IMG/VR virus record: IMGVR_UViG_3300021476_000001
Location: 1-64,000 of that record
Strand: one strand, 5' to 3'
DNA: 64,000 nt
Origin: a virus
The position numbers and the translations under genes are program-made. The notes below the pieces were generated by a model that was given only the letters and a program-made list of their open reading frames with translations, searched no databases and was not told the DNA's origin. Below, piece by piece: positions 9,741 through 18,560 of the stretch (position 1 is the first letter of the stretch; every line of letters begins with the position of its first letter).

Positions 9741-9890
9741 GCCCACGTTGCATTCTACCGGTGCCGAGATAGCTCCTCGGCCCGTTCCCCTCCCCTACCC
9801 GCCCGGCCGCCTCTACAGGCGGCGTGGAGCTATTACAGGGCATCTGGGCGGGCCATCTGGGCGGGCCGTTTCATCCGCTACGCGAACGGC
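9741..9890. other. GC-rich intergenic island A
   Basis: Non-coding gap between 9706 and 9923 that is visibly far more GC-rich than the flanking genes. It contains a C-rich tract (ccgttcccctcccctacccgcccggccgcc), tctacagg (9812-9819) and a tandem 13-mer. GTTATAAC sits just upstream at 9732-9739. Confidence 0.6.
9841..9866. repeat. perfect tandem duplication of 13-mer catctgggcgggc
   Basis: catctgggcgggc occurs back to back at 9841-9853 and 9854-9866, about 57 nt upstream of the 9923 start codon. Confidence 0.9.
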
Positions 9891-9922
9891 TTCTAGCAGA
9901 GTGTAAAACTGAGGCTACTTAA

Positions 9923-11926
9923 ATGGAAGAAGCGTACGGCACAGAACCACCTGACAACTATGGATGGACTGCTGCCGGTCCTATGAGGTGGATTCGTCCT
10001 AAACGTCGTAATCGTAAGAAGCCACTTCCAACTCATAAAGACGGCCCTAACGTAGCTATAATAGGTGGCGGACCTGGAGGACTCTTTGCAACATATATCC
10101 TTAATCAAAGGATGCCAAGTGCAAACATAACTATCTTTGAGGCTAGTTGTCACCTTGGAGGAAAGATTCACACTGACGAGTTCTCTGATGGTACTCCATT
10201 TGAAGCAGGCGTGGCTGAGTTATACGAGTATCTTGGACCTGGTGGCAATGACCCAATGCGTGCCTTGATAGAGAAAGACCTCAAACTTGAAACGGTCAAC
10301 ATATCTGGTGGTGCTGTAATACTCAACGACACTATCCTACGTAACTTAGACGAAGTTAAAGAGGTACACGGTTATGACACCTATAAGCGCATACAAGCCT
10401 TCTATCAGAAGATGGAAGAGTTAATGCCACTTGATAAGTACTCACATAGGTGGCAACCTGACAACGATCACCCTTGGGCGAAAGATGTTTTCAGGAAGTT
10501 TATTGAGGATGAACTTGGTGAAGATGAGATAGCACGTCACTATGTCGAGACTGCTGTTCACAGCGACTTGGCTACTGAGTCCCATACCTGTAACGGTCTA
10601 AATGGTATAAAGAATGTTCTGATGGATAATAAGAAGTATATGCAAGTCTACCACGTGGTAGGTGGTCTTAATCGTATACCTGAAGCGCTGTCTGAGAAGA
10701 TAGAAGCTGAAGTTAAGACCTCCATACGAGTAACTCGTATTGCCCTTATACGTGACTCTGGTGGTGTTTCTCTCAAAAGGCGTAACGGGATGGGAGTTTA
10801 CCGAGTATATTCACTTGAGTCTAGTGAGGAGACCGTAACTGAGCAGTTTGCTGACTTTGACGCTGTGATAGTTGCACTACCTAATCATTGGCTTAGAACA
10901 ATAGGATGGGACGGCTTGCTTGCAGAGGCTATACATAGTGTCTGTGCTCACTATGATCTACCAGCTCATTACTTTCGAGTGTCTATGTTATTTGATACTA
11001 AGTGGTGGGCAGAGTATAAGATTCCAGGTGAGTTCTGGATGATGGATGCGTTTAATGGCTGTTGCTGTTATGATGATAGTACCCGCTGGGATAGACATAT
11101 AAAGAATAGTAGAGTTAAGATAGACGAGGATTTATGGCAGGAGATACTTAAAGTTCTCCCAAAAGAAGTACCAGAAGAGTTACCAACCACAGTTGGAATT
11201 GTTGACGGTGATGTAAAAGTCATAATAGTTGATGGTGGTAAAGTTAAGGTAGAGAAAGATATGGACTTTGTTGAAGGTGGTAACGGCGTTGAAAACCCTT
11301 ACCTTTGTGCTTGGGATGAGGTGTATGTGGATGCTTGTATAAACCCAGAAGACTGGCCTTTTATTTGCTATCACGAGGTAATAGAGCGCCGTGACATGAT
11401 AGATAACAGTATAACACCCGAAACAAGTGACTCTAAAAGGGAAGAGGTTTATCTTAAAGCACATAACAGGGCGAACGCTGCTGAGAAGATACTGAGAATG
11501 CGTGGAACGAGTACTGGTCACGTTCTAAGTTTTTTACTTGCTGGTGGAGACGCTCTATTGATGTGCTCGTCTAATCAGAGCGATGAGTGTATTATAGACT
11601 GTGTGCTTCAGTCGCTCCCATCCTTTATGCGTGAAGAGGCTGAGGAGCATCTAGTAGAGTCACAGATTGATAGGTATGCTGGCTCTATTAACGCACAACC
11701 TGGAGGGTGGCCTGCTGAGGAACTTAGAGGAGAGCATACTCCAGAACCACAGGAGCACCCTGGTGTATTTCTTGTAGGTGACTACTTCTTTGACTCTACT
11801 CTGAATGCTGCACTAATGAGTTCTAATGTTGCCATTGAGTTGCTTTTAGAGTATTTTGGAGAGAAGAGTGCAAAGGTAACGGAGGCGATAGAACTTCTAG
11901 AACCTGATGATAAAGGGTCAATATAA
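9923..11926 (+). CDS. FAD-dependent amine oxidase / PPOX-type flavoenzyme with a large internal insertion
   Basis: N-terminal dinucleotide-binding motif VAIIGGGPGGLFATYIL..ITIFEASCHLGGKIHT. C-terminal GVFLVGDYFFDSTLNAALMSSNVA. These match the two hallmark ends of flavin amine oxidases as I recall them. About 11090-11510 is an insertion I cannot place. Confidence 0.65.
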   Translation: MEEAYGTEPPDNYGWTAAGPMRWIRPKRRNRKKPLPTHKDGPNVAIIGGGPGGLFATYILNQRMPSANITIFEASCHLGGKIHTDEFSDGTPFEAGVAELYEYLGPGGNDPMRALIEKDLKLETVNISGGAVILNDTILRNLDEVKEVHGYDTYKRIQAFYQKMEELMPLDKYSHRWQPDNDHPWAKDVFRKFIEDELGEDEIARHYVETAVHSDLATESHTCNGLNGIKNVLMDNKKYMQVYHVVGGLNRIPEALSEKIEAEVKTSIRVTRIALIRDSGGVSLKRRNGMGVYRVYSLESSEETVTEQFADFDAVIVALPNHWLRTIGWDGLLAEAIHSVCAHYDLPAHYFRVSMLFDTKWWAEYKIPGEFWMMDAFNGCCCYDDSTRWDRHIKNSRVKIDEDLWQEILKVLPKEVPEELPTTVGIVDGDVKVIIVDGGKVKVEKDMDFVEGGNGVENPYLCAWDEVYVDACINPEDWPFICYHEVIERRDMIDNSITPETSDSKREEVYLKAHNRANAAEKILRMRGTSTGHVLSFLLAGGDALLMCSSNQSDECIIDCVLQSLPSFMREEAEEHLVESQIDRYAGSINAQPGGWPAEELRGEHTPEPQEHPGVFLVGDYFFDSTLNAALMSSNVAIELLLEYFGEKSAKVTEAIELLEPDDKGSI

Positions 11927-13146
11927 TGGCAAACACATTTGGGAGTTACAGTCAGCAGTTTCAACTTGTAGACCCACGCTATGTGATAGAGAACCGTGGA
12001 AGATTTCGTCGCGATATGTTTGTAGAGTTGGAACGCGCTAATAGTTATTACTCCATGTCTGGGAGATGGCCTGATGTTGGTTGGATTTTATTGGATAGGG
12101 GTAGCTACAACAAAATTAGTCAATACTCATCTACACTTCAATTAAACATTCAAGACTTTGTTAACCCACAACTAACGTTGACTAATCTATCTATCGTTCA
12201 GGCGCGATGTGTAACACGTGGACTTGTGTCAGACCCAGATGCTATATATCTAGTGCAGGTAACAAACTCTGAGGGAGTTCTATATAACTCTTGGTTTCAA
12301 CAGTCTGTTAACAAGCAATATAATGTACGTGTGCCTGCTTATGATGGTCAGTATTATTCTTGGAGTCTGAACAGTGGTGCACCCTGGACTTGGAACACTA
12401 TGATTGGAGACCTGTGGGCACAGGCTTCACCACAGTTAGGCTCATATCCAGGTCTCCCAATTACCCCATCAGCAGTACCTGAGAACTGGGTGTTTATAGG
12501 TGTATCACTGTGGGAGACAATAAGTCATATACTGGAGTACCTTGGACTAATTGTGTCTGGTGACTACCCAAACTTTAATATAGTTGTACCTGGAGCAGCA
12601 GATGCGTCGTTCACTGCACTACAGACGAAATATGCTCAATATCTTGTGGATGATTTGGAGTATATAGATGGTGGAAGTGGTCGTGTACCTGGAGAGATTG
12701 TAGTGTATTTTCATAGACGCAACCAGATATATGGAGCTGAGGAGACAGTAAGATATGATAGTTTGAACTGGCAATCCTCACCTACATACTCTGTAACTGT
12801 AAGTGCACCAACAACTTTTATTAACGCAACTGGGACGGGATACATCTGGTGTGAGTTTACTGTAAGATACGATCAGGATGGGAACCCGCTAGCAGCTGAT
12901 GTAGCACAGGCAAATACTATTGCTCAGGAGAGAGCTGCTCAGTACTTTAACACTTTATTTCGGGGAACACAGGGGTTTATGCGGCAGGTGTATAGTGGAG
13001 TGCTTCCGTTTTTGACTGGTAGTCTTGTAGACGGGATTCGGTGGTTTAATGAGGGGGATGGATGGTATACAGAACTTGTTCGTGGATACATCTGGGAAGA
13101 AGCGACATTTCCACTTACTCTTCAGGGTATCACAGGACCTAGATAG
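11926..13146 (+). CDS. hypothetical virion (tail-associated?) protein
   Basis: The start overlaps the upstream stop (TAATG at 11924-11928). 406-aa ORF directly followed by the fibre-like gene. No recognisable motif. Confidence 0.55.
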   Translation: MANTFGSYSQQFQLVDPRYVIENRGRFRRDMFVELERANSYYSMSGRWPDVGWILLDRGSYNKISQYSSTLQLNIQDFVNPQLTLTNLSIVQARCVTRGLVSDPDAIYLVQVTNSEGVLYNSWFQQSVNKQYNVRVPAYDGQYYSWSLNSGAPWTWNTMIGDLWAQASPQLGSYPGLPITPSAVPENWVFIGVSLWETISHILEYLGLIVSGDYPNFNIVVPGAADASFTALQTKYAQYLVDDLEYIDGGSGRVPGEIVVYFHRRNQIYGAEETVRYDSLNWQSSPTYSVTVSAPTTFINATGTGYIWCEFTVRYDQDGNPLAADVAQANTIAQERAAQYFNTLFRGTQGFMRQVYSGVLPFLTGSLVDGIRWFNEGDGWYTELVRGYIWEEATFPLTLQGITGPR

Positions 13147-14583
13147 ATGGAAAGTTACAATGCACAGTCACCGTACTTTGGCCAACGGCAGCCGGACTAT
13201 CCGCCGATGATTCAGCTGGTTCGTGTTACATCGGCAACCGTGCCCGGTCCATCTGGTTATACTTCTTCGTCTGTTCAGGCAGCTAACTTATATGTAGGTT
13301 CTACTCAGCAATTAGGGACTGGTACTTTGTTTCCTCGTGACAGGGAACCGTGTCTAGCGCTTGATGTAAATGGTTTTGGACTGATGCCTGGATATTATCT
13401 TGGGCGCTTAGCAGGGTCTTGGACGTCTTTACCTGTATATGAAGTGTGTTTTCTTCTTGATGACCTTGCCGCTATCACACCAAGCCAGAAAAGCGCTCTC
13501 CTCAGTAATTTAACACCAGCACAACTTAGTACACTTGATAACCTTAACGTATGCCAGTTTCAGGTTCTTTTAGGCTCGAATCCATCTTCGTCTAGTATAC
13601 CCAATATACCGTTGTTACAGCAGCTAACAACGGCTCTTACAGCAACTCAGTTAGGAACCTTGGTTGGGCAGTTGTCTATCCCTCAGTTGACTCCTATGCT
13701 GGGTACATTGACTACTACTCAACTTCAGAACCTCAGTAATAGTTTATCTGGAATCCAACTAGAGACGTTGCTACACGTGCTTAGCGTAGGTCAGTTTCAG
13801 ACGTTTACATCTGGGCTCAATCTGGGACAGCTTCAGGCTCTTGGTAATAACCTATCTGCATCTCAGCTAGGAGCGTTAGTACCGGCACTTAGTGTAGGAC
13901 AACTTCAGACTCTTGCGTCTAGTCTAAGTTCATCTCAGCTTCAAGCTCTTGCAAATCATCCGTCAGCTGCGATAGCAGCAATGGTTAGTTCGTTAGCATT
14001 TTCTGATCTGGTGTCTTTACTTAATAAAACTCCTCCAGTTCCTAATCCTATCATTGGCAGCCAGCAAGTCTTTCCGTATGTACCAGCTATCATTGGTTCT
14101 CCATCATCGACTCCGAGCTTGTCTCAGGGGTATGCGCCAGTTATAGTGGACCAGACGGACGGTCGTTTGTATGGCTACTTTGGAGGGTCGTGGACCAACT
14201 TGTCTATAGGTGGTGGAGGTGGAATAAGCAGTGCATATGGTGCTACTGAGTTTACTGGTACAACTACAAATGCCTTTGTTACTGTGTTTGACAAGGTAAA
14301 TAGTAATGGACTTCATGGAACTTTTTCTGCAAAGAATACTGGCTCAAATGGAATGACTCTTAGAGTTGTCCTTACAGATATGTATGGGAATAATGTTACA
14401 TCCTCCACGTCTAACATAGCAACCAGTGTAACAACTTGGTTGATGGATATGGACAGCAACACATTTGTAGGCAGCCCGGTTGGTGGTGTCTTCCCACCAT
14501 TTAAGGAGATAAAACTTCAGATTGAGGACCAGATTTCTGGTAGTCATACTACTTATGATATTTGGCTTAGTTTGAACAATTAG
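13147..14583 (+). CDS. tail fibre / spike-like protein with Ser/Thr-rich QL repeats
   Basis: About 13475-14025 encodes some 10 or more degenerate units L-S/T-x-x-Q-L/F-x-x-L (LTPAQLSTL, LTATQLGTL, LSIPQLTPM, LTTTQLQNL, LSGIQLETL, LSVGQFQTF, LNLGQLQAL, LSASQLGAL, LSVGQLQTL, LSSSQLQAL), followed by a C-terminal globular part. Function inferred from position and architecture only. Confidence 0.55.
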   Translation: MESYNAQSPYFGQRQPDYPPMIQLVRVTSATVPGPSGYTSSSVQAANLYVGSTQQLGTGTLFPRDREPCLALDVNGFGLMPGYYLGRLAGSWTSLPVYEVCFLLDDLAAITPSQKSALLSNLTPAQLSTLDNLNVCQFQVLLGSNPSSSSIPNIPLLQQLTTALTATQLGTLVGQLSIPQLTPMLGTLTTTQLQNLSNSLSGIQLETLLHVLSVGQFQTFTSGLNLGQLQALGNNLSASQLGALVPALSVGQLQTLASSLSSSQLQALANHPSAAIAAMVSSLAFSDLVSLLNKTPPVPNPIIGSQQVFPYVPAIIGSPSSTPSLSQGYAPVIVDQTDGRLYGYFGGSWTNLSIGGGGGISSAYGATEFTGTTTNAFVTVFDKVNSNGLHGTFSAKNTGSNGMTLRVVLTDMYGNNVTSSTSNIATSVTTWLMDMDSNTFVGSPVGGVFPPFKEIKLQIEDQISGSHTTYDIWLSLNN

Positions 14584-14602
14584 ATATAGGTGAGAACTTT
14601 AC

Positions 14603-15652
14603 ATGTTCTGTGAGTGTAAAGAGGACGGCTTTTGTAGGCGCTATCAGCGTGAGATGGGTGGACGTATGCGTGAGGTGTGCGCTGGCGTGAACGTAGACAT
14701 CGGCACCTCGGCGGCCTTTAGAGAACAGTGGGCAAGAGAGGTAGAAGTAAATAAGTTTGAAGGTAACCCTAAGTCACTATTACTTAGAACGGACCAAGCG
14801 CCAGGTGACGCTCTTGTAATGACTGCGGCAATCTACTCGCTTCACAAAGCTTACCCTGGTAAGTATGTTACAGCAGTTGAGAGCCAGTGGCCAGAGGTGT
14901 TTGCACATAATCCGTATATAGTCCAAGCTCAGTCTGACTTTGGTGATCTTCATATGCACTACCCTGCTATTCATAAGTCGAACGAGCGTGGTATTCATTT
15001 CATGCAAGGGTGGTGCGAGTTTCTTGGAATGGCACTTGAGATAGATATACCTCTCTTAACTAATCGTCCACACCTATACTTTTCTGACCCTGCCCCACCT
15101 GTTGAGGACTTTTGGTTAATATGTTCAGGCGGTAAGACTGACTTTACTAATAAGTTATGGGGATATCTTAACTATGTCAGGGTTGCTGCCTCTCTAAGTA
15201 GGGAAGTTAAGTTTATACAAGTAGGCAATACTCTAAAGGAACATCCTCGTATAAATACGACAAATGTAACTTATATGGTTGGTCAGACAACACTACGTGA
15301 GTTATTTGACTTAACACGACGTGCTCGTGGAGTATTATGTGGTGTATCTCTTTTAATGCACATTGCAGCTGCATTAGAAAAACCTGCTATAATAGTAGCA
15401 GGTGGTCGTGAACCTGTTCAGTGGAATGCTTATCCTAAACAACATTACATGCACACAGTTGGAGCGCTACCGTGTCGAAGTGTACTAGGTGTAGTAGGTG
15501 GGGCCTGCTGGCGTTCCCGGACAGTAGCGCTTAATGATGGGACTGTACTTGATAAAGACCTATGCGAACGACCAGTTGATGGGACACCAGAGTGTATGAC
15601 GCTTATTAAGCCTTCACAGGTGGCGGCGCTAATCCTGAATTATAATAGATAG
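14603..15652 (+). CDS. glycosyltransferase family 9 (heptosyltransferase-like)
   Basis: LLLRTDQAPGDALVMTAAIYSLHKAYPG near the N-terminus and GVLCGVSLLMHIAAALEKPAIIVAGGREP near the C-terminus match the two GT9 hallmark regions as recalled. There are extra Cys clusters at both ends. Confidence 0.7.
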   Translation: MFCECKEDGFCRRYQREMGGRMREVCAGVNVDIGTSAAFREQWAREVEVNKFEGNPKSLLLRTDQAPGDALVMTAAIYSLHKAYPGKYVTAVESQWPEVFAHNPYIVQAQSDFGDLHMHYPAIHKSNERGIHFMQGWCEFLGMALEIDIPLLTNRPHLYFSDPAPPVEDFWLICSGGKTDFTNKLWGYLNYVRVAASLSREVKFIQVGNTLKEHPRINTTNVTYMVGQTTLRELFDLTRRARGVLCGVSLLMHIAAALEKPAIIVAGGREPVQWNAYPKQHYMHTVGALPCRSVLGVVGGACWRSRTVALNDGTVLDKDLCERPVDGTPECMTLIKPSQVAALILNYNR

Positions 15653-15669
15653 TATGAGGAGGGGAGCTA

Positions 15670-15906
15670 ATGACTGTGAAAGAGTTACGTGACTGTCTCT
15701 CTGGATTAGATGACGGTCAAATAGTTCTTATTGACTTGCACTCGTCAACATATCCGCATGGAAGGTCTGTAGAGGTTCAAGGTGTAATTGGTCACCGTAT
15801 ACTAGCACACGCTAGTAATAAACCATTAGACCTTGCACAAATGGATACTCTAGTCAAAGAGAAGCCAACGCCAGATAGTAAGTTAGTAAGAGGAGCTGGC
15901 GCATGA
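15670..15906 (+). CDS. hypothetical protein (78 aa)
   Basis: RBS-like gaggagggg sits upstream of ATG 15670. The stop overlaps the next start (ATGA). Confidence 0.45.
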   Translation: MTVKELRDCLSGLDDGQIVLIDLHSSTYPHGRSVEVQGVIGHRILAHASNKPLDLAQMDTLVKEKPTPDSKLVRGAGA

Positions 15907-17819
15907 CAACAATGTTGATTGCTAACAACTGTACAAGGGAGAATGGGCAGTTTATGGGGGACCAACTGTGTTATATAAAAGTAGCATACCTCTTTGTGCT
16001 GAATGAGCCGAGTGTAGACCACGTAATAATGTCAATGTCGCCAGGAAACGAGATGGACTTTCTTTGGAGGAAGTTTATCGACACTTATAATGTAGAAGTA
16101 ATACATGACTCTCTTAACCCAGGAGACAATGAGGGTCGATGGGTGATGTGGAACAAGTGGCGAGCAGATCGGAAAATAGAAGGTATACCATTTGACCACT
16201 ATAGAGAGTTGTACTTACGCATTCACGGTGGGTTTCGTCAAGCTGCTCTATGCGGTTTAGAGCGTGGTCTAGGTCGTCGTAATATATTTGAGTATATGTT
16301 CTACGGGCAAGAACACATGCCAGAAGGGTGTAATGGAGCAGACTGGTATGATGACTCGTTAATATACCATCCACCTCTTTCGCCAGAACGTGATGTATAC
16401 ATCTCTCCTCACTGTAAGACTCAAGGTAATATCACGTTCACTTTTGACTATTGGACGCAGGTAGTTCAGAAGTTGATAGATGCTGGTATCACAGCAACAG
16501 TAGGTTACGATGGATACTTTTGTGAGCACCTATTAGGTCACCCTTTATATAAGAAGCACTGGGGAGACCATAAGCAGTGGGTTGAGCAGATTTGTAAGCA
16601 TAAGATAGTTGCGTGTGGTAACACGGGATCGGGATGGATTGCAGCTGCATGTGGTGTCCCACTCTTTACAATGGAGCCACCTAATAGTCAGATGCCAGAC
16701 CACAGGTATAGAGAGTGTGGCCTACGGAATATAGTAGAGGTGATGGACACTCCTGACCCGGCCTACTGTGCTAAGCGCTTAATTGAGGAAGTTAATCGTG
16801 TAGTAGTTATGACTACCGGGTGCTATGATGTGCTACATGCTGGCCATATCCGCCACTTGGAACGGTCCAAAGCGCTTGGTACTAGACTTGTAGTGGCGAT
16901 GAACAGTGATAAGAGTGTTCGCCGTTTAAAGGGTCCAGCACGTCCGGTTAACCCTCAAAATCAACGAAAAGCTGTACTTGAGGCTCTGAGGTGTGTAGAC
17001 GAGGTTCGAGTATGTGAAGAGCCACTGGATGTGCTTAAGGAGTTGAAGCCATCTATACTTACAAATGGGTTTGGGTATACACCTGACACAGTAGTTGGTA
17101 AGGACCTAGTTGAGAGTTGGGGAGGTAAGGTCGTAGTAACTTGTTTTGGTGACGCCTCTAACGAGCCATCGACTACGAAGATAGTTAGAAAGCTTTTAAG
17201 GTTGGGGGATATAGTTGAGATTTGTAGAGTTGGTAGTAGATATAGTGTTAATCCTTACGAGAAGCTTAGGTTGATGGCAGACGAGTTTCTTAAAGTTGTA
17301 CACCTTGCTGGAGATGTTGCAGACCTGGGAGCATATCGGGGTGGTACTTCACTAATACTGCGTCGACTAGCTCCAGAGAAAAGACTCTATCTATTTGATA
17401 CATGGAATGGTACACCATTTAACGACGAACTTTGCCACCATAAGAAGGGGGAGTGGCCGTCTAGCTTAGAGGAGTGTCAATCAATAGTGGGTAAGGACAA
17501 GTTAACTATATACTTCGAGGGTATATTCCCGTATGTTGTTGAGAATCAGATAAAGGAGAATGCTTTCTGCTTTGTGTATGTGGATATGGACACATATCAG
17601 TCTACCTGTGATGCAATCAACTACTTTTGGCCTAAGCTGGTGCCAGGTGGTGTTCTGCTTCTTGACGACTATGGGTGGGAACCGTGCGCTGGTGTAAAGA
17701 AGGCAGTAGAAGAGTTACTTCCACCTGACCTATCTAAGTCACCTTGGGCATATAAAAGAAGTATAGTTGACAATTTATATACTTGTGTGGTTACAAAAAT
17801 CTCTGAGATAGTGGGTTAA
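15903..17819 (+). CDS. tri-domain enzyme: GT9-like + heptose-1-phosphate adenylyltransferase-like (HldE C-terminal half) + TylF-type O-methyltransferase
   Basis: N-terminal VACGNTGSGWIAAACGVPLFTMEPP is GT9-like. Central VVVMTTGCYDVLHAGHIRHLERSKALGTRLVVAMNSDKSVRRLKGPARPVNP (about 16800-17210) is colinear with HldE domain II. C-terminal GDVADLGAYRGGTS and VYVDMDTYQSTCDAINYFWPKLVPGGVLLLDDYG are TylF-like. Confidence 0.75.
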   Translation: MTTMLIANNCTRENGQFMGDQLCYIKVAYLFVLNEPSVDHVIMSMSPGNEMDFLWRKFIDTYNVEVIHDSLNPGDNEGRWVMWNKWRADRKIEGIPFDHYRELYLRIHGGFRQAALCGLERGLGRRNIFEYMFYGQEHMPEGCNGADWYDDSLIYHPPLSPERDVYISPHCKTQGNITFTFDYWTQVVQKLIDAGITATVGYDGYFCEHLLGHPLYKKHWGDHKQWVEQICKHKIVACGNTGSGWIAAACGVPLFTMEPPNSQMPDHRYRECGLRNIVEVMDTPDPAYCAKRLIEEVNRVVVMTTGCYDVLHAGHIRHLERSKALGTRLVVAMNSDKSVRRLKGPARPVNPQNQRKAVLEALRCVDEVRVCEEPLDVLKELKPSILTNGFGYTPDTVVGKDLVESWGGKVVVTCFGDASNEPSTTKIVRKLLRLGDIVEICRVGSRYSVNPYEKLRLMADEFLKVVHLAGDVADLGAYRGGTSLILRRLAPEKRLYLFDTWNGTPFNDELCHHKKGEWPSSLEECQSIVGKDKLTIYFEGIFPYVVENQIKENAFCFVYVDMDTYQSTCDAINYFWPKLVPGGVLLLDDYGWEPCAGVKKAVEELLPPDLSKSPWAYKRSIVDNLYTCVVTKISEIVG

Positions 17820-17822
17820 TAA

Positions 17823-18482
17823 ATGGACGACTTAATTACTCAGTATGATGAAGACTATTTCCTTCGTGGGAAGGAAACTGGTAAGTCCTTATATGAGAAC
17901 TATAGGTGGCTACCCAAACTTACGATTCCAATGGCTAAGAATATAATTGCTCGCCTTGGAATTGAAGTTGATATGACTGTGCTTGACTATGGATGTGCTT
18001 GTGGATATACAGTACGTGCGTTACGTGAAATAGGTATAGAGGCTTTTGGCGTTGACATCTCAGAGTGGGCTATTAGAAATTGCGATCCAACAGTAAGAGA
18101 GTGGGTTGTCCAGGGTAGTGAGATACCTCCAGGTATTGACTGGATTATTGCTAAGGATGTACTAGAGCATATACCTGATGTAAAGAGTGTAATAGATAAG
18201 ATGATGGACTCAAGCGCTGTTGGTATATTTGTAGCTGTACCATTATCGTTGGTAGACGGACAGGCATATGTTATACCAGACTATGAGAAAGATGTGACTC
18301 ATGTTCACCGCCTTACTCTAGCTTCGTGGGTACGGATGTTTATTCGGCATAAATGGTCGGTTGAGTGTTGCTATAGATTTAGAGGGGTAAAAGATAACTA
18401 TCATGGATGGATGTCGTGGGTAAAGTCCAACTATGACTTGTGGCAACACGGGAATGGGTTTATCATTTGTAGAAGAGTGTAA
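17823..18482 (+). CDS. class I SAM-dependent methyltransferase
   Basis: VLDYGCACGYTVRALREIGIEAFGVDIS matches the motif I / post-I pattern. A downstream DWIIAKDVLEHI segment is typical of this fold. Confidence 0.65.
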   Translation: MDDLITQYDEDYFLRGKETGKSLYENYRWLPKLTIPMAKNIIARLGIEVDMTVLDYGCACGYTVRALREIGIEAFGVDISEWAIRNCDPTVREWVVQGSEIPPGIDWIIAKDVLEHIPDVKSVIDKMMDSSAVGIFVAVPLSLVDGQAYVIPDYEKDVTHVHRLTLASWVRMFIRHKWSVECCYRFRGVKDNYHGWMSWVKSNYDLWQHGNGFIICRRV

Positions 18483-18560
18483 TATGATCGTATGGTATAT
18501 TTTATGTGGCATACTTGCGGCAGTGTTATTGTACTGCTTACATGAGAGCGAGATGTGATA

